A DNA stretch of 64,000 nucleotides, from assembly GCA_963833985.1 (NCBI GenBank), contig CAWIAD010000001.1, positions 2,944,001 through 3,008,000 of the forward strand. The letters run 5' to 3'. The notes under the pieces were generated by a model. That model was not told where the DNA came from, did no database searches, and saw only the letters and a program-made list of their open reading frames with translations. Shown piece after piece: positions 19,212 to 28,187 of the stretch. Each line of letters opens with the position of its first letter. The stretch's first letter is position 1. This stretch comes from an uncultured Planctomycetaceae bacterium (GTDB lineage Bacteria; Planctomycetota; Planctomycetia; Isosphaerales; Isosphaeraceae). Both the position numbers and the translations under genes were made by a program.

Positions 19212-21242
19212 ATGCAAGCTCAGGAAGCCCGGCTTCGAAAGCTTATTGAGGGCACGACGCAGTACGTCGTGCCCCTTTTTCAAAGGCCTTACAGCTGGTC
19301 GGAAAAGCAGTGGAAAACCTTGTGGGATGATGTCACCGAGCAAGCCGCCCATGACGACGCGCGGCCTCATTTCTTAGGCTCGATCGTCACCGCGCCCGCG
19401 AAGTCGGTGCCGGAGGGTGTGGGGAAATATCTGCTGATCGACGGCCAGCAGCGTCTGACTACGATGCAGGTCCTGCTGGCGGGCTTGCGCGACACAGCCG
19501 GAGCGAATGGTCACGACAGGCTCTGCGAAAAGGTTAACGGCAAGTTCCTCCTCAACACTTACGAGGAAGAGGATGAACAGTTGAAAGTGCTCCCCACGCA
19601 GGATGATCGGGCGGCGTTTCGATCTATCATCCGGGGGGAGAAACCGCCTGCGTCACGACTCGCCGATGCCTATCGCTTCTTTCAAGGCAAGCTCGCCCCA
19701 TTCAAGAATGACTCTGAGCGGCTGGAACGCCTGCTCACGGCAATCACCGATCGGCTGTCTCTCGTCAGCATCACATGCGACGAGCACGACAACCCACACC
19801 TCATTTTCGAGAGCCTGAACGCCAAGGGCGAGAAGCTGACACCCGCCGACCTGATTCGGAACTTCCTGCTAATGCGGGTGCACGTGAACGACCAGAACCG
19901 GGTCTTTGCACAGCACTGGCTGCCGATCCAGCAGGCGCTTGGCGACAATCTGACTGAGTTCGTGCGACACTACTTGATGAAGGGAGGGAAGATTCTCACA
20001 GCAGCTGATGTCTATTTTGAACTCAAAGATCGATTGATCAATGCCAATGCGGCAGCGGCGGAGGCGTTCCTTACTGATCTGCATCGGCATGGGATGCTGT
20101 ACGCGCGGTTCGTCGACCCAACGCGTGAGCCCGACCCCGTGATAGCCGCCTCGCTTTCGCGTTTGCAACGATTGGAATCGACAGTGGCTTACCCATTGCT
20201 GCTCAGGGTTTTCGACGCGATGGATCAGGGCAAATTAACGCGTGTCCAGGTAGCCCAAACGCTCGATGTGCTCGAATCGTTCCTCATTCGGCGATCGGTC
20301 TGTGGCCTGCCGAGCAATCAATTGCGTCGGATGTTACCGCCGGTGTTCGATGCGGCAGGCGGGGCTTGCGATGGGTTTGTCGATCAACTGCGTTCGGAAC
20401 TCGGCGGAAATCGGTGCCCAGATGACGCGGCCTTCACTACGGCTCTGACAGTTCAGCCTCTATACGCAACCGCCAAGAAGAACGCGCGGCTTCGTGTGAT
20501 CCTTGAGCGGATGGAGGAGTCGTACGAGCACAAAGAGCCTGCGAACCTATCGTGCGCGCAGATCGAGCACATCATGCCGCAGACACTGACCCCGGAATGG
20601 GAGCACAAACTTGGCCCGCAGGCGCGCGACCACTGGGCTCGGCTGTTGCACACGCTCGGCAACCTCACCCTGACCGGCTACAACGCGGACATGAGTAACC
20701 GGCCGTATGTGGAGAAGCGTAAAGCGTTCACCAGCAGCCACTTCGAGCTCAACCGCTACTTTGCCAACGCCGAGACGTGGACGGCTGACGCGATTGAAGC
20801 ACGCGGGCGGGCACTGAGCGAGCTCGCGACGAAGATCTGGCACGACTTAGTGAGGCCTGACACGCCTCAACCAGGAGGATTACCATTCGAGCCAAAACCG
20901 GTCGCTGTGAGGTTTCGGAATCAGGAGGAACCGGTCACGAGTTGGAAGCAGGGCGCACTGAAGTTGATCGAGTGGTTCGAGGTCGCCTGGCCCGGACTGC
21001 TGGTAGAACTGGAACGTAAGCAGGTGATTACGAGCGTATTGTCGGTAGACGCAAGTCGATTTGTCCGATCACGTGGCCAGATCGGCGGGGTGTATGTGCA
21101 GATGCACGGATCGGCCAAAACGCTACGGACCTATGTGAAGTGGATTGCGCAGGAGGCAGGGATCGGGGAATTCGAGTACGAGTTTGTGCTGGGCGGCTTC
21201 AAAGGGCAGGGCGATTGCGCCATAATGGGTAATTTGGCATGA
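19212..21242 (+). CDS. GmrSD-family (DUF262 + DUF1524) modification-dependent restriction endonuclease; extreme C-terminus replaced by IS sequence
   Basis: VPLFQRPYSW, IDGQQRLTT, IFESLNAKG, QIEHIMPQ, LGNLTLTGYN motifs. Confidence 0.92.
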   Translation: MQAQEARLRKLIEGTTQYVVPLFQRPYSWSEKQWKTLWDDVTEQAAHDDARPHFLGSIVTAPAKSVPEGVGKYLLIDGQQRLTTMQVLLAGLRDTAGANGHDRLCEKVNGKFLLNTYEEEDEQLKVLPTQDDRAAFRSIIRGEKPPASRLADAYRFFQGKLAPFKNDSERLERLLTAITDRLSLVSITCDEHDNPHLIFESLNAKGEKLTPADLIRNFLLMRVHVNDQNRVFAQHWLPIQQALGDNLTEFVRHYLMKGGKILTAADVYFELKDRLINANAAAAEAFLTDLHRHGMLYARFVDPTREPDPVIAASLSRLQRLESTVAYPLLLRVFDAMDQGKLTRVQVAQTLDVLESFLIRRSVCGLPSNQLRRMLPPVFDAAGGACDGFVDQLRSELGGNRCPDDAAFTTALTVQPLYATAKKNARLRVILERMEESYEHKEPANLSCAQIEHIMPQTLTPEWEHKLGPQARDHWARLLHTLGNLTLTGYNADMSNRPYVEKRKAFTSSHFELNRYFANAETWTADAIEARGRALSELATKIWHDLVRPDTPQPGGLPFEPKPVAVRFRNQEEPVTSWKQGALKLIEWFEVAWPGLLVELERKQVITSVLSVDASRFVRSRGQIGGVYVQMHGSAKTLRTYVKWIAQEAGIGEFEYEFVLGGFKGQGDCAIMGNLA

Positions 21243-22466
21243 TTGGGCGGACGCGATTTCGCCGCTTGTTGCGAATCAGCAAGGGTCGAGGAGATCGCGC
21301 GAGCCCGGAATTCATGACATGTCGAAATCCAAGTCTGTTCGGATCGCGGACCATTTCGCGGAACTGACCGATCCGCGGCGTCGTGCGGTGACCTACCCGT
21401 TGATCAATGTGGTAGTCATTGCCGTGTGTGCTGTGATCTGTGGCGCGGATGATTTCGTCGCCATCGCCAAGTTCGGCAAGACGAAGCATGAGTGGCTGGC
21501 GCGGTTTCTCGATCTGAAGACCGGCATACCGTCGCACGATCGTTTCAATGCGATCTTCGCCGCCCTCAAACCGGCGGAGTTCGAGAAGTGTTTGCTGAGC
21601 TGGATCACGGCTCTGCATGAAGTCACCGGCGGGCAGGTGATCGCCATCGACGGCAAGACGCTTCGCCGCAGCTTCGATACGGCCAGCAGCAAGACGGCCA
21701 TTCACATGGTGAGTGCCTGGGCGACCGCCAATCATATTAGCTTGGGGCAGGTCGTCGTCGACGCCAAGAGCAACGAGATCACGGCCATCCCGAAACTGCT
21801 GGAAATGCTCGAATTGGCCGGCGCGATGGTCACCATCGACGCGATGGGTTGTCAAACCGAGATCGCGCGGCGAATCGTCGACGCAGGCGCGGATTACTGC
21901 CTGGCCGTGAAGGATAACCAACCCACTTTGCATCAGGGGATCATCGACTACTTCGCGAGGCACGTGGAGGACGACTTCGCGGGCGTCCGGATGCGTCACC
22001 ATACGACTGATGAAAAAGGGCACGGGCGAGTGGAGACTCGTCACTACATGATCTGCCCTGTTCCCGACGATTTGCCAGACCGTTTGCGTTGGCCCGGCCT
22101 GAAGGCGATTGGAGTTGCCATCAACATAACACAGCGCGACGGCGAGACGGTCGGCGAAAACCGCTATTACATCCTGAGCAAATTCGTCGCGGCCAGCCGT
22201 TTCGCCGATGCCGTACGGTCGCACTGGGGTATCGAAAACCAACTGCACTGGCAACTCGATGTCACCTTTCAGGAAGACCAATGCCGCATCCGCCAAGGTC
22301 ACGCGGATGCGAACTTCAGCATCCTCCGCAGGGCCGCACTGAGCCTGTTGAAGAACGAGACCACACTGAAAGTCGGCATCAAGAACAAACGCCTCACCGC
22401 CGGCTGGGACGAAGCCTATCTCGAAAAAGTGCTGATCGGCTCATGACTTAAGGTGCAATCGCCCTG
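21207..22466 (+). mobile_element. ISAs1-family insertion sequence
   Basis: IRs CAGGGCGATTGCGCCATAA / TTAAGGTGCAATCGCCCTG; 10-bp target duplication CTTCAAAGGG at 21197-21206 and 22467-22476. Confidence 0.95.
21319..22446 (+). CDS. ISAs1-family transposase
   Basis: LTDPRR, GIPSHD, IAIDGKTLR, KSNEITAIP, IDAMGCQ, RSHWGIENQLHW. Confidence 0.97.
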   Translation: MSKSKSVRIADHFAELTDPRRRAVTYPLINVVVIAVCAVICGADDFVAIAKFGKTKHEWLARFLDLKTGIPSHDRFNAIFAALKPAEFEKCLLSWITALHEVTGGQVIAIDGKTLRRSFDTASSKTAIHMVSAWATANHISLGQVVVDAKSNEITAIPKLLEMLELAGAMVTIDAMGCQTEIARRIVDAGADYCLAVKDNQPTLHQGIIDYFARHVEDDFAGVRMRHHTTDEKGHGRVETRHYMICPVPDDLPDRLRWPGLKAIGVAINITQRDGETVGENRYYILSKFVAASRFADAVRSHWGIENQLHWQLDVTFQEDQCRIRQGHADANFSILRRAALSLLKNETTLKVGIKNKRLTAGWDEAYLEKVLIGS

Positions 22467-22485
22467 CTTCAAAGGGGAGACGCCC

Positions 22486-23965
22486 GAATGCCGCGAAGTT
22501 AATTTTAACTAATTGTGCCATTTGATCTTGCGCCATGGGTGAGGCTCCGGGCATCCTGTGGGAAGTACCAGGACCCACAGTTGCTGGAGGGAGCCCCACC
22601 CATGCCGCCTCGCATCATCCCTATTCTCGATCGACTGCGCCAAGATATCGCCGCGGGATTGTCCCGGGAGACGATCGAAGAAGCCTGCCGCCAGGCGAAA
22701 CACCGCTGGCGGAATCGCGTTCTCGACCCCGCGACGACCATTTATCTGTTCCTTCTCCAGGTCCTTCATGGCAACACGGCTTGTCGCCACGTGGTGCACT
22801 TCGGCGCTTGGACCTTCACCGACAGCGCCTACTGCCTGGCGCGAAAGCGGCTTCCGCTGGCCGTCTTCGACTGGCTCGTGGAGCGGACCGCTGCCGCCGT
22901 GCGGACTGCTTCGGATGGCGCGCGGTGGCTCGGGCACCGAATCTGGGTCGTCGACAGCTCCAGCTTCTCCATGCCGGACCAACCAGAACTGCAACGTCAC
23001 TTCGGCCAACCCAGCGGTCAACGCAAGGGCTGTGGCTTCCCGGTGGCGAAATGGCTGGCCCTCTTCGACGTCACCACCGGCATGCTTCTGCGTTCGAGGA
23101 CGGCCCCTTTGCGGACCCACGAGATGTCCCAGGTTGGCCCGATCTCCGACGGCCTGGAGCCGGGAGACATCGTGCTCGGTGACCGCGGATTTTGCTCGTA
23201 TGCTCATCTGGCGATATTACTGCAACGCGGTCTGCATGCGGTTTTCCGCGTGCACCAGCAGCAGATCGTCGATTTCACGCCGGGTCGTCCGATGGCCAGG
23301 AGGAAGGGTCCGTACCCCAGGCCGCAGGGTCTGCCGAGTTCGCGGTGGGTGTTGGCGCAGGGAACCGCAGATCAGATTGTCACATGGTTTAAATCGAAAT
23401 CCCATCCGAAGTGGATGTCGGCGGATGAGTTCGAGGTGCTGCCCTCCGAGATCACCGTGCGCGAGCTGAGGTACCGGGTCGAGACACCCGGGTATCGGGT
23501 GCGCGAAATCACGCTGGTCACGACTCTGTTAGACGCATCGACCTACCCGGCGACAGAGCTGGCCGAACTCTACTACAAGAGGTGGAGAGTCGAACTCAAT
23601 TTTCGTCATATAAAGATTAGCATGAAGATGGATGTTCTGCGTTGCGAGACAGTCGAAGGGGTTCTCAAAGAGCTGGCGATTTTCAGCCTGGCGTATAACC
23701 TGGTAAGATCGGTCATGCTGGAGTCGGCACGCATGCGCGGCGTTGATCCGGATCGGATCGGCTTGATCGACGCGGTGCGCTGGCTGATCGGGTCCGAAGG
23801 GGGTTCTGAGCCCGCGCGGATCGTCATCAACCCATTGCGCCGTGGACGCGTCGAGCCCCGAGTCGTAAAGCGACGACCAAAACAATACATGCGGATGACT
23901 AGGCCCAGATCCGAACTCCGCAAACAGTTGCCAATGAAGCACTTCTGACTAACTTTGTGGCATTC
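22486..23965 (+). mobile_element. IS4-family insertion sequence
   Basis: IRs GAATGCCGCGAAGTTA / TAACTTTGTGGCATTC; flanking duplication GGGAGACGCCC at 22475-22485 and 23966-23976 (9 bp if the terminal C/G belong to the IS). Confidence 0.93.
22602..23948 (+). CDS. IS4-family transposase
   Basis: VVDSSSFSMPD, LGDRGFCSY, LYYKRWRVELNFRHIK (YREK-like), EPRVVKRRPK. Confidence 0.95.
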   Translation: MPPRIIPILDRLRQDIAAGLSRETIEEACRQAKHRWRNRVLDPATTIYLFLLQVLHGNTACRHVVHFGAWTFTDSAYCLARKRLPLAVFDWLVERTAAAVRTASDGARWLGHRIWVVDSSSFSMPDQPELQRHFGQPSGQRKGCGFPVAKWLALFDVTTGMLLRSRTAPLRTHEMSQVGPISDGLEPGDIVLGDRGFCSYAHLAILLQRGLHAVFRVHQQQIVDFTPGRPMARRKGPYPRPQGLPSSRWVLAQGTADQIVTWFKSKSHPKWMSADEFEVLPSEITVRELRYRVETPGYRVREITLVTTLLDASTYPATELAELYYKRWRVELNFRHIKISMKMDVLRCETVEGVLKELAIFSLAYNLVRSVMLESARMRGVDPDRIGLIDAVRWLIGSEGGSEPARIVINPLRRGRVEPRVVKRRPKQYMRMTRPRSELRKQLPMKHF

Positions 23966-24066
23966 GGGAGACGCCCATATCAGGAAGCAGGACAGGCAAT
24001 TTGGATGAACGTCGAATTCCGGAATAACTGAACTGCAGCCAAAAAAGAAAAGAAGAGGACATTCAA

Positions 24067-26310
24067 CCTACTTTCCGCACATCTCCCTTTGATTTCCCCG
24101 AATTCGACCTGAGGCCATCTTCTCAGACGCGGCCCCAGGGTCGGTAAACATCTACAAGTCGATCGGCACGGGGACCTTGTTCGGTTCAGATGGTTCGCCA
24201 ACCGGACCGTTCCTGAACTCGAGCCATTCTTCGCCTTGTCTTATGACTTGGCAATGTCCAGCCGTGCGCCGCGATTCTCGCCGCGACGACTTGTGACACG
24301 GGCTATGAGCGTAAGTTGAGCGGCTCACAACTTACGTCAAGGCAAATTGTCATAAGTGAATCACAAGATTTTTTGTCCTTGACGTCCCGATCTCCTCCGC
24401 CATCATTGCGGCAAGCCCTGCGGCGGTCGGCCTGCTCCCCTCACGGCCCTGGAAGGCCCGGCGGCGGACACCGGCCAACTCGCTGCAAACCCTCCGGAGA
24501 TGATCCGCATGAACGAACCTCAACGACCGCGCCAACCCGGCGAGACGGCCCGCTCGAAGGGACGCACGCGCACGCTCAACACGCGGCGGATTGCCGCCGT
24601 GCCCATCCTGGAACACTTCCTGAGTCGGCTCCGCCTTCGCGAGTTTCTCTGCGACCACCTGCCCCATGAGGACGGCCGCACTCGGGTCCCCACGGCCACG
24701 GCCTTGCTCGTCCTGCTGCGCAACCTGCTGATCTCGCGTGAGCCACTCTATGGTGTCGGTGAGTGGGTGGCCCGCCATGAGCCGAAACTGTTCGGGTTGT
24801 CCGATGTCCAAGTCGCCGCAATGAACGACGATCGAGTTGGCCGGGCCCTCGACCGTCTCTTCGACGCCAATCTCTCGGGGTTGGCCCTGAAGGTCGCGGC
24901 CCATGCCGTACGCGAATTCGACGTCAGCCTCGACCAGTTACACAACGACTCGACCACCATCACTTTCCACGGTGACTACGAGTCGGCGGAGGCGGAGCGA
25001 ACCCTGCGGGGACAATTGCGGTTGGCGGTGACCTGGGGTCATAACAAAGACCACCGCCCCGACCTCAAGCAGCTACTCTACATCCTCACCGTGACCGGCG
25101 ACGGTGCCGTCCCGGTGCACTTTCGCGTCGAGAGCGGCAACGCCACCGACGACCGCTCTCACCAGGAGACCTGGGAGTTGCTCTGTCAACTGACCGGACG
25201 CCGAGACTTTCTCTACATCGCCGACTGCAAGCTGGCCACCACCGAGAACATGGCCTATCTGCATCAGCGCGGCGGTCGGTTCCTCAGCGTGCTGCCGCGA
25301 ACTCGCAGTGAGGACGGTGCCTTCCGCGGCGCCGTACTCCGGGGAGAGATCCAGTGGCGATGGACCCACGACAAGTACGACGACAAGGGACAGTTGACCG
25401 ACCGCTTCTCGATCTGCAAACCTGCGAGCCAGACCACCGAGGGTTACCGGCTGATCTGGTATCACAGCACACGCAAGGCCGAGTTGGATGCGGAGGTACG
25501 GCTGACCCGGCTGGAGAAGGCGTTGAAACGACTGGACGAACTGCGTGCCAAGCTCGCCTCGTCCCGAACCCGGTACCGCAGTCGAGCCAAGGTCGCCGAG
25601 GCGGTCGAGGAGCTGCTCCGGGACTGTGAGGTCACCGAGTGGATCTCGGTCGAGATCGAGGAGCAGGTCACCGAAAAGTTCCGCCAGGAGCGACGCGGCC
25701 GGCCTGGACAGGACACGCGGTACGTCCGAGAGGAGAAGCTCCGTTACTCGTTGAAGCATCGGATTGAGTTGGAGCGACTGGATGAGGAGGCCCGCTGTGA
25801 TGGCATTTTCCCGCTGGTGAGCAACGAATCGAAGATGACGGAGCAGGATCTGCTCTTGGCCTACAAACAGCAACCGGCCATCGAACGACGGTTCGAGCAC
25901 CTGAAGACTGACTTCGTGGTAGCGCCTATGTACCTGAAGGAGGTAAGTCGGATTCAGGCCTTGCTCTGCGTGTACTTCTTCGTGTTGCTGGTCGAGGCGC
26001 TGTTGGAGCGAGAACTCCGCCGCGCGATGGAACGAGCGGGAATCGAGAGTCTGCCACTGTATTCCGAAGGTCGGGCCTGCCGACGCCCGACGGCTCGAAA
26101 AGTGATCGACCTGTACGAGGACGTTCAAGAGCATTCCCTGAAGGCTGGGAAACGCCCTCTTGAGGTGTTCAGCACAGAGTTAACTCGGCTCCAGAAGAGG
26201 ATCCTGCGCCTGCTGGGGATACCCAAAGCCTACGAGATTTGAACCTGACAGGCCGAAAGACGGCACACGGAAATTAGGAGATAGTCAAGGCGAGATGTGC
26301 GGAAAGTAGG
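24067..26310 (+). mobile_element. IS1634-family insertion sequence
   Basis: Perfect 19-bp IRs CCTACTTTCCGCACATCTC / GAGATGTGCGGAAAGTAGG; 6-bp duplication ATTCAA at 24061-24066 and 26311-26316. Confidence 0.95.
24500..26242 (+). CDS. IS1634-family transposase
   Basis: NDDRVGRALD, LHNDSTTI, GHNKDHRPDLKQ, IADCKL, YKQQPAIERRFEHLK. Confidence 0.95.
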   Translation: MIRMNEPQRPRQPGETARSKGRTRTLNTRRIAAVPILEHFLSRLRLREFLCDHLPHEDGRTRVPTATALLVLLRNLLISREPLYGVGEWVARHEPKLFGLSDVQVAAMNDDRVGRALDRLFDANLSGLALKVAAHAVREFDVSLDQLHNDSTTITFHGDYESAEAERTLRGQLRLAVTWGHNKDHRPDLKQLLYILTVTGDGAVPVHFRVESGNATDDRSHQETWELLCQLTGRRDFLYIADCKLATTENMAYLHQRGGRFLSVLPRTRSEDGAFRGAVLRGEIQWRWTHDKYDDKGQLTDRFSICKPASQTTEGYRLIWYHSTRKAELDAEVRLTRLEKALKRLDELRAKLASSRTRYRSRAKVAEAVEELLRDCEVTEWISVEIEEQVTEKFRQERRGRPGQDTRYVREEKLRYSLKHRIELERLDEEARCDGIFPLVSNESKMTEQDLLLAYKQQPAIERRFEHLKTDFVVAPMYLKEVSRIQALLCVYFFVLLVEALLERELRRAMERAGIESLPLYSEGRACRRPTARKVIDLYEDVQEHSLKAGKRPLEVFSTELTRLQKRILRLLGIPKAYEI

Positions 26311-26331
26311 ATTCAACGAAGTCTTCACTAG

Positions 26332-27841
26332 TTCTACTGTATCCTGGGGTTGACGAACTGTAAGGTTTTTTCTGATATTCGCTTCCGTCAAGGATGTTAC
26401 AAGGAAGCGAGGGCGTCATGGATCGACGATACGAAGCACGGTTGGCTGACATGCTGGCACAATCGCAGGTGTCGCCTGACTTGATCGATGGTCTGCTGGA
26501 ACGGTTGGACGTCTTCATCGAGCCGTTCGCTGCGACCCTGAGCGAACCTGAACAACATCGACATGCAACCGAGTACGTTACCGGTCTGCTGTCGAAGCTT
26601 GAGCACAAGACCGGCGAGGGAATCGCTTATCTCCACGATCAAGAACGACAAGGAATCCAAAAGTTCATCGGGCACGTGCCATGGGATCATCAACCCCTGC
26701 TCACGATCCTGGCGCAGCAGGTCGGCGAGCAACTGGGCGAGAAGGATGGGGTGATTATCTTCGACCCTTCGGGCTTCCCCAAGAAAGGGACTATGTCGGT
26801 GGGCGTCGCGCGGCAGTGGTGCGGCCGGCTGGGGAAGGTTGAGAACTGTCAGGTTGGCGTCTACATGGCTTATGCGTCTAGAAAAGAGCATACGATTACC
26901 AATGTAAGGCTTTACTTGCCCAAGGAATGGGCCAAGGATCGCGACCGCCGGAACAAGGCTGGCGTTCCCAAGTCCATCAAGTTCCAGACGCGCCATCAAT
27001 TGGCCCTGGCGATGCTGGATGAGCAAGGTGGGTTGCTGCCACACGCGTGGGTGGCGGGGGACGATGAAATGGGCCGTCCCGCGAGTTTTCGCCAGGCGTT
27101 GAGGGAGCGGGGGGAGCAGTATCTGTTGGCGGTTCCGTCGAACACGACGATCCGCGATCTGGAGGCACCGCCACCGGAATATGGGGGGCGGGGTCAACCC
27201 CCCAAGGCTCCTTTCATGCGTGTGGATCATTGGCGTGCGGCCCTGCCGGAATCGGCGTGGACGAGGCTCGACGTCCGTGATGGCGAGAAGGGACCTTTGG
27301 TGGTCGACGCGATCAAGCGGCGCGTCCAATCTCGAGGACCGGGCAATCGTGCAGGTTTCGAGGAGGTCCTCTTCATCACGCGTGAGCAACAGGCCGATGG
27401 AACTGTTAAACATGATTATTATTTATCAAATAGTAAAGCCGAAACTCCGTTGATCGAATTTGGCCGGGTGGCCAAACTGGCGCATCGGATCGAGGAGTGC
27501 CTGGAGCGGGGCAAAGGGGAGGCGGGCCTGGCCGATTACCAGGTGCGGAACTGGATCGCCTGGCATCACCATCAAACCTTGTCGCTCGTGGCCGCGTGGT
27601 TCCTGAATCAGGAGACGCGGCGGGGAAAAAATACAGACACCGGCATTGACGTCACCGCGGTTGCGGCAACTGATCGCAGGGATCATCGAGGAACGTCTCA
27701 ACGTCAACAGCCCCGAGAAGCTCTCCCGGTGCACCACACGTTGGTTGGAACGCAACGAGCTCGCCCGATTCTTCCAGCATTACTCACGCAAACTCTTACC
27801 CCCTTTGAAGAACCAACTACGAACGTAGAGATACAGTAGAA
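26332..27841 (+). mobile_element. IS701-family insertion sequence
   Basis: IRs TTCTACTGTATC / GATACAGTAGAA; CTAG duplicated at 26328-26331 and 27842-27845. Confidence 0.93.
26418..27839 (+). CDS. IS701-family transposase
   Basis: FDPSGFPKKGTMSVGVARQWCGRLGKVENCQVGV, RLYLPKEW, KGEAGLADYQVRNW. Confidence 0.95.
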   Translation: MDRRYEARLADMLAQSQVSPDLIDGLLERLDVFIEPFAATLSEPEQHRHATEYVTGLLSKLEHKTGEGIAYLHDQERQGIQKFIGHVPWDHQPLLTILAQQVGEQLGEKDGVIIFDPSGFPKKGTMSVGVARQWCGRLGKVENCQVGVYMAYASRKEHTITNVRLYLPKEWAKDRDRRNKAGVPKSIKFQTRHQLALAMLDEQGGLLPHAWVAGDDEMGRPASFRQALRERGEQYLLAVPSNTTIRDLEAPPPEYGGRGQPPKAPFMRVDHWRAALPESAWTRLDVRDGEKGPLVVDAIKRRVQSRGPGNRAGFEEVLFITREQQADGTVKHDYYLSNSKAETPLIEFGRVAKLAHRIEECLERGKGEAGLADYQVRNWIAWHHHQTLSLVAAWFLNQETRRGKNTDTGIDVTAVAATDRRDHRGTSQRQQPREALPVHHTLVGTQRARPILPALLTQTLTPFEEPTTNVEIQ

Positions 27842-27878
27842 CTAGAGCAAGCCGAGCCTCTGCGGCACGACGCAGGAT

Positions 27879-28136
27879 GTGACCGTCACCACCAAGCTGG
27901 ACCCCGGAGTCGATCTTTCCAACTTCCAGCTTCAGAGCATCGGCTGGGGCATTGAACTGCTGCGCGTGCCGGCGGAGCACTCCAGCTATCCCAGTCTCCT
28001 CGGACACGTGCAGCCAAACACTGGCAAGACCATCCTGGTGGACTTGTCGGCCGCGCTCGTCGTCGAGACACGCACGCTGACCTGGACCATCAGAAGATCG
28101 ACCGATCCGGCGCTCGTCCGAGCAAAGGCCCGATGA
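27879..28136 (+). pseudogene. Remnant of a large secreted/surface protein domain (RHS/CARDB-associated type)
   Basis: VTTKLDPGVDLSNFQLQSIGWG...ILVDLSAALVVETRTLTWT..S.DP resembles from memory a beta-sandwich segment of large planctomycete surface proteins; isolated fragment. Confidence 0.35.
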
Positions 28137-28187
28137 GACCGAAGACCAGAAACAGGTGTCCGGCGGCTCCCGACGTGTGCTTATGAT

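Noticed and set aside
21207..27841. Single composite transposon
   Set aside because: Four unrelated IS families, each with its own target duplication and no cargo, indicate independent insertions
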